From NCBI GenBank assembly GCA_965248445.1, contig CBDFJG010000003.1:160001-224000 (forward strand): 64,000 nt of DNA, in the 5' to 3' direction. Below are positions 42,377 to 52,065 of this stretch, one piece after another. This stretch comes from Planctomycetota bacterium (GTDB taxonomy: Bacteria > Planctomycetota > JAJSAM01 > JAJVHW01). Position numbers and translations under genes: made by a program. Numbering within the stretch: position 1 is the stretch's first letter; every line of letters starts with the position of its first letter. Below the pieces are notes generated by a model, which worked only from the letters and a program-made list of their open reading frames with translations, did no database searches and had not been told where the DNA came from.

Positions 42377-43147
42377 ATGAGCGGTGCCGAGGCGCCCGAG
42401 GACCATCGCGGGGGGTCCCTCTACGACACCGTCGAGGGCCTGCATCTGCGGCAGTGGACAGCGCGCGTGGTGCTCCCGCTCGCGTTGCTGGCGTCGAACG
42501 GCGCCGGATTGCTGAATGTCGCCGCACTGCCCCGCCACGACTTTCCAGCGACGACGCTCGGCTGGCGGGCCGCGGCTGTCTCCCAGTTGTGGATTGTCGG
42601 CCTCGTCCTGGTGTTCGCCGCCGCGCTCCTGCGCATCGCCGGCAAGGGCGTGCTCGAGCGCAAGACTGCGGTGACCACCGGCGGCGCGTACCGGTGGTGC
42701 CGGCACCCGTTCTACCTGGCCGTCGTGATGGGCGGCGTGGGGACGTTCCTGCTCGCCGGCGGGCTGGGTGTGCTCGTCGCTTGCATCTGGGCCGTGGTCG
42801 CGTGTCCGGTGTACGCGTTGACGGTGGCCGGGGAGGAAGCGGGACTGCAGCGCCTGCACGGAGACAAGTGGCGGGCGTACGCCTCACGCGTACCCGCCTT
42901 CATCCCCTACCGCGGAGCCGCCGGACCGCAACCCGAGATGCCGGTCCACATCACGTGGCGAAACCTGCTCGACGAGCGCGAGCCGCCGCGGCTGATGCGC
43001 TTCCTCGGGAGCGCGGCGCTGGTCGGCGGGACGGCGTGGGGCGGCGCTCCGGGCATCGCGGTCGCGACGGGAGGCGCGATCCTGCACGCCCTGTCGCACC
43101 TGCTGCCGGGCGGACGACGTGCGCGCAGCGGGCGCGCCTCGGGCTGA
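42377..43147 (+). CDS. Isoprenylcysteine carboxyl methyltransferase/PEMT-family membrane protein
   Basis: TGGAYRWCRHPFY, EEAGL...W.AYASRVPAFIP. Confidence 0.85.
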   Translation: MSGAEAPEDHRGGSLYDTVEGLHLRQWTARVVLPLALLASNGAGLLNVAALPRHDFPATTLGWRAAAVSQLWIVGLVLVFAAALLRIAGKGVLERKTAVTTGGAYRWCRHPFYLAVVMGGVGTFLLAGGLGVLVACIWAVVACPVYALTVAGEEAGLQRLHGDKWRAYASRVPAFIPYRGAAGPQPEMPVHITWRNLLDEREPPRLMRFLGSAALVGGTAWGGAPGIAVATGGAILHALSHLLPGGRRARSGRASG

Positions 43148-43247
43148 TCGACGCGGCCTCCGGGCAGGCGAAACGCAGGCGGGCGGCGGAACGAAACTTG
43201 GATCCGGGGCCGCGGGGGGGTCACTTCAGCAAGTGGGAGGTCACGCG

Positions 43248-44075
43248 ATGCGAACGGTCCGACTGGCACGAGTTCTGATCGCACTCGGGGCCGTAGTCAC
43301 GCTACTGCCGGCGTGCAAGTCGTCGGGGGGCGCGGAGAAGGCCGCACCGCCGCGGCCCGCAGTGTTCCCATCCGAGTGGCGGGCCGTCGATCTCACGCGG
43401 CCGGTTGACGGCGACACACCGCACCTGCCGACGCTGGACGGGTTCCGCTACGAGCGCCTGCCGATCCGGTCCGGGCCGGGCGGCCGGCGCGAGGCCGCGT
43501 ACTCGCTGATCGAGAGCGCCGGGACGCACCTCACGGCGCCGGCGGCGTACTCCGCCGGCGGCACGACCGTGGAGTCCGTGGACGCCGCCGTCGTGCGGCC
43601 GCTCATCGTCCTCCGTGCCCCCGACGGCGCCACGGGCGCACTTCCCTCGGCGGCAATACGCGCATTCGAGGGCGTCCACGGACCGATACCCCGCGGCGCC
43701 GTCGTGGTCTTGCAGACAGGACGCAGCGGCGGCAGCGCGCGCGATCTCGAGACCGCGCTGCGCACCAGTCCGGGGTTCGCCGCGGAGACCGTCCGCTTCC
43801 TCGCCGGTGAGCGGGGGGTGTACGCGATCGGGACCGACTCCCTTGCCATCGACGACGGCGGCGCCGTGGATCGCGCCGACGCAGCGCGCGCGGCCGCCGA
43901 TGCGGGTCTCATGACCGTCTCGGCATTGACGGGACTCGCGCGGCTACCTGCGACCGGCGCGTACGTGCTACTCGGTGTGGTGCCCCTGCGGGGAGCGGGC
44001 GCGGCGCCGGTGCGGGCGGTTGCGCTCGTGCCCAACGCGCCGGCGACCGCGCCGGCGACTGCGCCTTCGAGGTGA
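43248..44075 (+). CDS. Cyclase (kynurenine formamidase-like) family lipoprotein with a degenerate metal motif
   Basis: Lipobox LPAC, VDLTRP, SAGTHLTAP, SPGF, IGTDSLAID, APVRAVA. Confidence 0.75.
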   Translation: MRTVRLARVLIALGAVVTLLPACKSSGGAEKAAPPRPAVFPSEWRAVDLTRPVDGDTPHLPTLDGFRYERLPIRSGPGGRREAAYSLIESAGTHLTAPAAYSAGGTTVESVDAAVVRPLIVLRAPDGATGALPSAAIRAFEGVHGPIPRGAVVVLQTGRSGGSARDLETALRTSPGFAAETVRFLAGERGVYAIGTDSLAIDDGGAVDRADAARAAADAGLMTVSALTGLARLPATGAYVLLGVVPLRGAGAAPVRAVALVPNAPATAPATAPSR

Positions 44076-44308
44076 GCAGGCCACCGCCCCGGCGTCCCGG
44101 AGAGTTCTCGGTCCGGCCGGGCCAGCAAACCCGCGGGACCGGCGACGAGCCGTCGCGTCGCCGGATCGCGGTCGAGATCCTCGTATTCGCGCTGCTCTGC
44201 CTGGTCGTGGGCGCCGCGATCGTGGCGGTACAGGTCGCGCGGAAGGGCGATCAGGTGCTGCATTTCGACCCGCACAACCGGTCGAAGAGGCTCGACGACG
44301 GACGGTGA
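44072..44308 (+). CDS. Small single-TM hypothetical protein
   Basis: GTGA overlap with the upstream gene; hydrophobic IAVEILVFALLCLVVGAAIVAV. Confidence 0.55.
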   Translation: MSRPPPRRPGEFSVRPGQQTRGTGDEPSRRRIAVEILVFALLCLVVGAAIVAVQVARKGDQVLHFDPHNRSKRLDDGR

Positions 44309-44394
44309 GCGCGAAGCCCGGGTTACCCCGACAGGCTGCTCTGGGGGCATAATCACCGTGGCGGCGTGGAGTCGGGGCCCGCCGGTGGAGGCGC

Positions 44395-45705
44395 ATGGCG
44401 CGATTCGCTTACGCATATGCGGGCGCCGCTTGCTTGGCGGCGGCCCTCTTGGTGCTGCCCGCGTCTTTGTTCGACGCGGTCGCAGGGGACGATGCGTTCA
44501 CGGCGTCCGTCCTCTCCAAGCGCTTCCCCGACCCGGATGCCAAAGCCGACGACGACGCGTTCGTGGGCACCGCCGCCTGCGCCGAGTGCCACGAGGAGCG
44601 CCACGGAAGCCTGCTGACGTCGTTCCACGCCGGCGTTCTCGAGCGCACGGACTCGCGGGGCTGCGAGACCTGCCACGGTCCCGGCAAGGAGCACGCAGAG
44701 ACCGAGGGCGACGAGCCTCTGCGCGATCCGTTCGCCGCCGACGCGGAGGAGCTCCTCGGGCTCTGCCTGCGCTGTCACGCGGGTGTGCTCACCCACGATC
44801 GTGGCAGTCACCGCGCGTGGGTCTTCCCCGCGGGGCCGTCCGGCGATCCGCGCTCGTGCACGCAGTGCCACGAGGTGCACGTCGATCGAGAGGATCCCGC
44901 GTTCCGCCGCGGCACCGGGCGGTTCCGGACTCGCGCCCAACTCGCCAAGCACGCGGAGTGGATCCCCGCCCGCCGCTGCATCGAGTGCCACGCGGACTTC
45001 CACCCACAGATGGCCCGCTCGGGCCACGCGAACCTCGTCACCGAGGACAAGCAATGCGGGACCTGTCACGGTAACGGCTCGCTGCACGCCGGATCCGCCG
45101 GACGCGCGGCCCTCATCCTGCACGCGCCTCAGCAGCACGCCAAGGACGTGAACGAGGGCTGCCTGGACTGCCATCGCGGCGGCGACGCGGTGATGCGATG
45201 GACGTGCGCGGAGCACGCACGGGAGCGCATCCGGTGCACGACGTGCCACGATCCGAACGCCGCGCGGGGCAAGACGATCCGCGCCCCCGAGTACGAGCTG
45301 TGCGGCAGCTGTCACACAGATGTCGCTGCGTCGTTCCGCCTGCCCAACGGGCACGCAGTCGCGCGTGGGCGGGTGAAGTGCAGCGACTGTCACGATCCCC
45401 ACGGAAACCGCGGTCGCGTGCGGGATCGTCACGTCCGACAGCGGAGTTGTGCGCGGTGCCACGCGGAGAAGACCGGGCCGTTCTTGCACGACCACGGCAT
45501 CAAGCGCACGGAAGGCTGCATGGCGTGCCACGCGCCGCATGGCTCGCCGCACAAGAGAGCGCTCACCCATCCGCGCATCAAGCCCCTCTGCCTGCAGTGT
45601 CATCCCGAGACGCCGCACGATCTTGCGCAGCGCCGCTACGACAACTGCATCCGGTGTCACACGGAGATCCACGGCAGCGACCTGGACCGCCTGTACCGCC
45701 GATGA
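44395..45705 (+). CDS. MtrA/DmsE-like multiheme cytochrome c with 14 CxxCH motifs
   Basis: Signal peptide, 14 CxxCH, GPFLHDH...GCMACHAPHGS, terminal CIRCHTEIHGSD; RBS GGAGG. Confidence 0.92.
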   Translation: MARFAYAYAGAACLAAALLVLPASLFDAVAGDDAFTASVLSKRFPDPDAKADDDAFVGTAACAECHEERHGSLLTSFHAGVLERTDSRGCETCHGPGKEHAETEGDEPLRDPFAADAEELLGLCLRCHAGVLTHDRGSHRAWVFPAGPSGDPRSCTQCHEVHVDREDPAFRRGTGRFRTRAQLAKHAEWIPARRCIECHADFHPQMARSGHANLVTEDKQCGTCHGNGSLHAGSAGRAALILHAPQQHAKDVNEGCLDCHRGGDAVMRWTCAEHARERIRCTTCHDPNAARGKTIRAPEYELCGSCHTDVAASFRLPNGHAVARGRVKCSDCHDPHGNRGRVRDRHVRQRSCARCHAEKTGPFLHDHGIKRTEGCMACHAPHGSPHKRALTHPRIKPLCLQCHPETPHDLAQRRYDNCIRCHTEIHGSDLDRLYRR

Positions 45706-47753
45706 CCGCACACTCCGCCTGCCGGGGGATCGCGTTGCTGGCGTGTTCGATGTCTCTCGTGCTCCCCCCGCGCGCAAGCGCCGACGACACAGACGATCCA
45801 GCGCCGGTGGACTACACGGTCGTGTCGGACGACCCGGTCGACGAACTGGACGACGTGGAGGAACTCGACGATCTGGACGAGTTCGAGGACGAACCGGACG
45901 ACGAGCCCAGCACACTGAGCATCGAAGGCACCGTGCGGGCCGGCTGGCGCTTCCTCAGCGGCCGCGACGAGGGACGATTCCTCCAGGACATCAACCTCGG
46001 CCCCGGTCCGCGGCTGTTCGACTTCATCGTGGCTGTGCGCGACTCGAGCGAGGACGCGCTGATCGACGAGCTGGAGTTGCAACTGCGCGACGTCGGGGAG
46101 CGGTCGAGCGACGGCCGCATCGTGCTGCGGCGCAGCGACAAGGTGCAGATCGAGGGCGGCTACTCACGCGATTTGTTCGACTACCGCGCCGGCGGCGATC
46201 CGTTCCCACTGGACACCGTGCGCGAGCGGTCGTTCACGAGAGTGCGGCTCAGTCCCTCGCGCAAGGTCACCGTGCGCGCCGGGTGGGAGCGCAGCCGCGT
46301 GCGCGGCGACGCCGAGCGGCGCGGCGACACCGACCTGCGGGAAGCGCCGCCCCCCGCGGGGGTCGACGAGGACATCGTGTTCGTGAACCGGCCACTCGAC
46401 CAGCTGTTCGACACCTTCGACCTCGGTGTGGACGCGAGCGTCGGCGTGGTCCGCCTCGGCCTCACGCAGACCGTCCGCCGCGGCCGCATCGACGACGAGC
46501 GGCTCTACGACGTACCCCCCGCCCGCCGCGGTCTCGATCCTGTCCGCGAACAACTGCGGCGCCGCGTGCGCTCGACGTTCTGGACGACCACGTTCAAGGC
46601 CGCCGCAACGGTGTTCGAGGGTTCGCTGGACCTCTCGCTGATCGCGCAGGCGTCCCGCGGTCCGTCGGAAGCGCGTTTCTCGGGAAACTCGGCCGGCTTC
46701 GACAACGCGTTCGAGGGCGGGACTCCGAAGGGTGCGTTCACCGCGTCGACGGGCGGCGACACCGACATCGACAAGCGCGCGTCGATCTGGACGTTCGACG
46801 GGGACTGGCAGGTCCTCGACGAGCTCGAGATCAGCCTCTCCTTCGAGCAGGACGAGGTGGTCGAGGACGCAGAGCTCGACCTGACCGAGAGTCGCATCTA
46901 CGAGCGAGTGGACGTCGGCCGCGAGCAGATCATCACCCGCCGGAGGGGTCGGGCCACCAACCGTGTGGACCGGTCGCTGATCGAGGCGATCTACGACGTC
47001 ACGGAGAAGGTCCGCGCACGCGCCGGCAGGGAGTGGCTGCGGCAGGATGTGGAGTCGCCGTTCGAGACCCGCCGAGGAACTCCGCGCGCCGGCGAGATCC
47101 GGGGCTCGGCGGCCCGCTGGGTGGCGGGGCTCGACGTCGATGCAAGCGACGACGTCTCGCTCTCGCTGTTGGTGCGCCACTCCGACGAGGACGAACCGCA
47201 CGCGGCCCGCAGCGCGGAACACGCGGACGAGGTCTCGTTTCGCGCGCGGGCACGGCTCAGCAAGCCGCTCCGCGTGACCGGGACGCACCGATACAAGGGT
47301 TTCCAGAATGGCGACAAGTTCGATTCGCAATCGCGCGCACACACGTCGGCCCTTGCGGCGACGTACTCGCAGGGCAAGTGGACCGCGAACGTGACCCTCT
47401 CCCACCAGCAAGTCACGACCCGGACGGACACGAGCATCCTGTTCTTCGACGGGACGTCGCTCGTGCGCCTCGCCCCGACCCTCTCGTTCGCCACGCGCGA
47501 CATGATCCTGTCCGGTGGCGCGTCGTACGAAGTCGCGCCGGGCCTGCGTCTGCGGGGCGACGCTGTGCTGACCCGCACGACGGGGGATCGCGAGATCTCG
47601 ACGCACGCGCTCTCGATCGGCGCCGAGCACGACCTCCGCGACGACGTCACGATCGCGGCGGCAGTGCGGTCCTGGCGCTTCAACGAGCATGGCCGAAGCG
47701 TCGACGACTACGACTCCGAGGCCCTGGAACTGTGGGTGGAGTGGCGCTTCTGA
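45702..47753 (+). CDS. MtrB/PioB-like outer-membrane beta-barrel
   Basis: ATGA overlap with the cytochrome, signal peptide, amphipathic strands, C-terminal ELWVEWRF. Confidence 0.82.
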   Translation: MTAHSACRGIALLACSMSLVLPPRASADDTDDPAPVDYTVVSDDPVDELDDVEELDDLDEFEDEPDDEPSTLSIEGTVRAGWRFLSGRDEGRFLQDINLGPGPRLFDFIVAVRDSSEDALIDELELQLRDVGERSSDGRIVLRRSDKVQIEGGYSRDLFDYRAGGDPFPLDTVRERSFTRVRLSPSRKVTVRAGWERSRVRGDAERRGDTDLREAPPPAGVDEDIVFVNRPLDQLFDTFDLGVDASVGVVRLGLTQTVRRGRIDDERLYDVPPARRGLDPVREQLRRRVRSTFWTTTFKAAATVFEGSLDLSLIAQASRGPSEARFSGNSAGFDNAFEGGTPKGAFTASTGGDTDIDKRASIWTFDGDWQVLDELEISLSFEQDEVVEDAELDLTESRIYERVDVGREQIITRRRGRATNRVDRSLIEAIYDVTEKVRARAGREWLRQDVESPFETRRGTPRAGEIRGSAARWVAGLDVDASDDVSLSLLVRHSDEDEPHAARSAEHADEVSFRARARLSKPLRVTGTHRYKGFQNGDKFDSQSRAHTSALAATYSQGKWTANVTLSHQQVTTRTDTSILFFDGTSLVRLAPTLSFATRDMILSGGASYEVAPGLRLRGDAVLTRTTGDREISTHALSIGAEHDLRDDVTIAAAVRSWRFNEHGRSVDDYDSEALELWVEWRF

Positions 47754-48394
47754 TGAGCGCCGACGCGGACGACCCCCCGCCGCTCTCGTGGCAACGCCTG
47801 CGTCGCGCCCGCGCGTCGATCGCGGAGCGCTGGCCCTCACCGTTCCGCCTGCCGCTGATCAAGCGTCCGTCCGACGCGCTGTACGGCGCGGTGATGCCGG
47901 GTGATCGCGTCCTCGACGTGGGAGCCGGCGACAACCGGCGCCGCGAGCGGGTCGCGGCCATCTTCCCGGACATCGAGTACGTCTCCGTGGATCCCGATCC
48001 CGAAGCGGGCGCAGACCACACGTCGATGAGCAAGGTGACCGGCGAGTTCCAGGTCGCGGTCCTGTTCGAGGTGCTCGAGCACATGCGTCCTGAGAACGGT
48101 GTCGACCTGCTGCGGGAGGTCCACGCCCGACTCGATGGCATCGTGATCGTCTCCGTTCCGTGCACGCACACCCCCGGGCGGTACCTGCGCGACTGCACGC
48201 ACGTCACGCCCTGGGCGCACGACGAACTCGGTGCCGCACTTGTGCTCGCCGGGTTCGACGTCATGTCGCTCAGCCGGTCGTTCGCGGCCCCTGCACTTCA
48301 GCGCCTGCTGCGCAGGTTCGTCCTCGGCCCGGTGGGCCACCTCTTCGGCCTCGACTACGCGCAGAGCGTCGTGGCGGTCGCCCGCCGAGCCTGA
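47753..48394 (+). CDS. Class I SAM-dependent methyltransferase
   Basis: VLDVGAG, FEVLEH, IVSVP; TGATG overlap with the porin stop. Confidence 0.85.
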   Translation: MSADADDPPPLSWQRLRRARASIAERWPSPFRLPLIKRPSDALYGAVMPGDRVLDVGAGDNRRRERVAAIFPDIEYVSVDPDPEAGADHTSMSKVTGEFQVAVLFEVLEHMRPENGVDLLREVHARLDGIVIVSVPCTHTPGRYLRDCTHVTPWAHDELGAALVLAGFDVMSLSRSFAAPALQRLLRRFVLGPVGHLFGLDYAQSVVAVARRA

Positions 48395-48486
48395 GACGAG
48401 CCTGAAGAGCCGCCGGCTTCACCGCCCCGCGCGAGGCTGCCGATGAGGACTCGATTGGCCGGGGTTCTTCCCCGCTGGAGGTCGTC

Positions 48487-51400
48487 TTGCCCCTGACATC
48501 GGCTCCCCGCACTCCACTCCGCTCGCTGCGCAGGACCGTCCTGGCCGGGATCGTCCTGCTGGCGGCGGCCTGTGGGCGCGACGTCGACGAGCACGTCCGG
48601 TACGCGAAGTTGCAGGACGACCGCGGAGACCACGTCGCCGCAGTCGCGTCGTGGAGCGAGGCGATCGAACAGGCTCCGCAGCGCGCCGAGCTCTACGTCG
48701 GCCGCGGCCGGTCGCACCTGTCGAGCCGCCAGTTCGCGGACGCCCGCAAGGACCTCCTCGCGGCCCTCGAGCGCGAGCCGGCGCTCGTCGACGCGCGCTT
48801 CCTGCTCGTCGAGACGTGGCTGGAGCAAGGCGATCACGATCGCGCGTTCGCGGCGACCGAGGGCCTGGAGACCGCCGGCGCAACCCGCGCCGAACGGGTG
48901 CGGGGCCGCATCCGGTTGTCGCGAGGAACCACGACGCTCCGCACACTGATCGACCAAATCGCCGTCAGCAAGCCCGCCGACGAGAACGCGATCTTCCGCG
49001 ACATCGTGGCCCTCGCATTCGCCGGTGCCAGACGTCGCATGTCCGACGAGCAGCAACTCGACGAAGTCCGGACGCTCGTGGGAGCGCTGGACAGCGCAGA
49101 ACAGGATCTCGCGGATGCAGCGCGGCACCTGACGGCCGCGGCCGGCGGCCAGGGGAACGAAGCATACGAAGCGGTCTGCGACCTCGCGCAGCTCGACCTT
49201 CTGGCGTCGCGCCCGAAGTCCGGCACGGCACGACTCAAGGACGTGCTCGCCCGCAATCCGGTTGGGCCGACGCGCACGCGCGTCATGGAGTTGCAGGCCG
49301 AGTGCGCCGAGCGGTCCGGGGATCTCGAGGGAGCGATAGCGGCTCTCAACGTCGCGATCCAAGAGAACGACCGAAACGCCGATCTGAGATTCGCCCGCGC
49401 GATGCTGCTTCTCAAGCTCGGCCGAACCGACGACGCAGCACAGGACGCGGACGTCGTCGCGGCAGATCCGTACCGCAAGACGCAGACCGCAATGCTCAGC
49501 GGCGTCACCAAGCTGCTTGAAGGCGATCCCGTCGGATCCGTGGGCGACTTCCAGTACGTCGCCGCCACGGCGAGTGGTGCTCCGCTCTCGCACCTGTGGC
49601 TCGGACTGGCGCTCTCCGCCGCAGAAGCCGACCACGCGTCGGTGATGTCGGCGTTCACACGCAGCGTCGAGATCGATCCGCGCCTCTACGTCGGTCACCT
49701 CGGACGCGCGACGACCGCCCTCGCCGCCGGCTGGGACGCCGAAGCGCTCGCGCACGCGGAGCGTTGCACCGACCTCGAGCCGGAACGCGCTGCCGGCTGG
49801 CTCGTGCTCGGCGAGAGCCACGTGCGGATCGGCTCGGCGGCGGAACGCCGCCGCGACCGCGAGGCGTCGTTCGCACGTGCCGCGGTCGCGCTCGGGCACG
49901 CCCTGCAGCTCGATCCCGGCGGTGTTACCGGTCAGGAAGCACTGATGATGCGCAACGTCGTGACCGGCCGGCTCGCCGACGGCGTCAGCGCGCTGCGCGC
50001 GGCGCTCGTCTATGCAGGAGAGCCGCATCTGCTCGTCAGCCTCGGCGAACTCCTGATGGCGGACCGCCGGATCGACGAGGGACTGGAGTTCCTGCGGGAG
50101 GCCGTCGCCGCCGCCCCCACGGACCCCCGCACGGTGTCCGCACTTGCGCACGCGCTTCACGGGCAGCACAGACCCGAGGAAGCGCTCGACGTGCTGCGCG
50201 CCGCCGTGAGCTCGAGTGGCGACGGCGGGCTGTGGGTTCTCCTCGCGCAATTCGAGATCACGCTGAGTCGCGACGCAGCCGCGGCGGAGTCTCTCCGCAC
50301 GGCGCGATCCGCCCACCCGCAGCACGCAGGATTGATCGCACTCGAGTTGGATCTAGCGCTCGCCCGGGATGACCTGGCGGCGGCCGAATCCGCATGCGAC
50401 GCCGGTCTCGCGCTCGACAGCGGGACGCGCGCATTCCACTGGAGCGGCGGTCTGAAGGCCTTGCGCGGTGACCACGAGTCCGCGCAGAAGGCGCTCGTGG
50501 CGTCGGTGGATCGGTTTCCCGCGGACCCCGTGCTCTGGGCGTCGCTGGCGATCGTCGCGGCGCGACAGAACGATGAGACGCTCGCACTCGTGTCCGCGCG
50601 CAACGCTGTCGATCGGGCCGGCGCCGACATGCCCCTGATCGCAGCGGCCGTGCTCGCGATGCTCGAGGTGGGAGCGCCGGAGAGCGCATGGGCAACGGCC
50701 CGCGATGCAGGTGCACTCAGCGATCTGGGCCGGCGCGTGCTCCACGCTCACGTGGAGCACGCCGACTCATCCGACAAGGCGCGCGTCGCGCTGCTGGATC
50801 TACACCTGCGGGCGCTGACCACTGGTCTCGGGCTGCACGACGGGCCCTCGGGGCAGGAACGACGCGCGGCGGCGCTCGCCACCGGGACGCACCGCGACCT
50901 GGTCCTGCTCGACATGCTCGGCAACGCCCACCTCGCCCGGGGTGACATCGGCGGCGCCACCGTCCACTACGAGCGCATCGTGGAACTTGAGCCGGACCTG
51001 TTCGCCGCACGCGAGAAGCTGGCGCTCATCCGGATCGGCGCCGGCCAGGACCGCGCGGCGCTCGAGGACCTGCACGCGCTGTTCCGCCGCGGGGAGGCCG
51101 GACCGCGCGCCCACGCACTTGCCGGTCTCCTCTACGACTCGCAGAACAACGTCGAAGGGGCCCGCCGGCATCTCGAGATGGCCGCGCGGATGGCGCCGAA
51201 CGACGCAGACATCCTGGCCCGGCTCGCACACATACTGGAGCGCGACGGCAACCACCTCCGCGCGCGAAAACGCTGGGAGCAGGTGCTCGAGATCGCACCG
51301 ATGCACCCGATGGCGAACGCACGCGTAGCGGATCTGGTCGTGGGCCACGACGCGCGCAGGGCAGAGACGTTGGCCCGCCGCGCGGTGGCATCGGCGCCGG

Positions 51401-52065
51401 CCGCACCGTTCGCTCGCCGTGCCCTGGCCCGCGCTCTCGCGTTCGCCGATCGCACCGAGGAAGCACTGGCCGAGCTGGACAAGGTGCACGTGCTCGACGC
51501 CGCGGATGCGAAGGCGTGGGCGCTGCGCGGCACGCTGCTCTTCTCGCTTGATCGCCGCGAGGAGGCGCGCAGCGCGTTCACGCAGGCCGTCGCGGCAGAT
51601 GAGTCGAACGCGATGGCGCACCTGTACGTGGGCCTGCTTGCAGAGCAGGACGGCGACGTCGGCGCGGCCTCGCGCTCGTACGAGCGAGTCCTCGAACTGG
51701 AGCCGAACCACACGATCGCGCTGAACAACCTCGCCGACGTGCTGCTGCGCACCGGAGGAGATCTGCAGCGCGCGCTGCGTCTCGCGAAGAGCGCGGTGCA
51801 ACGGTCGGGAGGACGGGGCGAGATGCTCGACACGCTCGGGTGGATCGAGTTCCGCCTGGGCGAGCACGAGACGGCATGCGCGACCCTTCAGCGCGCCGTC
51901 TCGGCGACGCCGGCGGCGAGCTCGGCCCGGTATCACCTGGCCGAGGCGCTCGCAGCGGCGGGACGCCTTCACGAGTGCGCCCGCGAGCTCGACGTGCTCG
52001 ACCGCACCGGCGACTACCCCGAGCGGGCCGCGGCCGCGGCGCTGCGCCGCCGGCACGGCCTCTAG
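48487..52065 (+). CDS. Large TPR-repeat lipoprotein
   Basis: Lipobox AAAC, TPRs throughout, C-terminal ALNNLA...DTLGW...YHLA. Confidence 0.85.
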   Translation: MPLTSAPRTPLRSLRRTVLAGIVLLAAACGRDVDEHVRYAKLQDDRGDHVAAVASWSEAIEQAPQRAELYVGRGRSHLSSRQFADARKDLLAALEREPALVDARFLLVETWLEQGDHDRAFAATEGLETAGATRAERVRGRIRLSRGTTTLRTLIDQIAVSKPADENAIFRDIVALAFAGARRRMSDEQQLDEVRTLVGALDSAEQDLADAARHLTAAAGGQGNEAYEAVCDLAQLDLLASRPKSGTARLKDVLARNPVGPTRTRVMELQAECAERSGDLEGAIAALNVAIQENDRNADLRFARAMLLLKLGRTDDAAQDADVVAADPYRKTQTAMLSGVTKLLEGDPVGSVGDFQYVAATASGAPLSHLWLGLALSAAEADHASVMSAFTRSVEIDPRLYVGHLGRATTALAAGWDAEALAHAERCTDLEPERAAGWLVLGESHVRIGSAAERRRDREASFARAAVALGHALQLDPGGVTGQEALMMRNVVTGRLADGVSALRAALVYAGEPHLLVSLGELLMADRRIDEGLEFLREAVAAAPTDPRTVSALAHALHGQHRPEEALDVLRAAVSSSGDGGLWVLLAQFEITLSRDAAAAESLRTARSAHPQHAGLIALELDLALARDDLAAAESACDAGLALDSGTRAFHWSGGLKALRGDHESAQKALVASVDRFPADPVLWASLAIVAARQNDETLALVSARNAVDRAGADMPLIAAAVLAMLEVGAPESAWATARDAGALSDLGRRVLHAHVEHADSSDKARVALLDLHLRALTTGLGLHDGPSGQERRAAALATGTHRDLVLLDMLGNAHLARGDIGGATVHYERIVELEPDLFAAREKLALIRIGAGQDRAALEDLHALFRRGEAGPRAHALAGLLYDSQNNVEGARRHLEMAARMAPNDADILARLAHILERDGNHLRARKRWEQVLEIAPMHPMANARVADLVVGHDARRAETLARRAVASAPAAPFARRALARALAFADRTEEALAELDKVHVLDAADAKAWALRGTLLFSLDRREEARSAFTQAVAADESNAMAHLYVGLLAEQDGDVGAASRSYERVLELEPNHTIALNNLADVLLRTGGDLQRALRLAKSAVQRSGGRGEMLDTLGWIEFRLGEHETACATLQRAVSATPAASSARYHLAEALAAAGRLHECARELDVLDRTGDYPERAAAAALRRRHGL

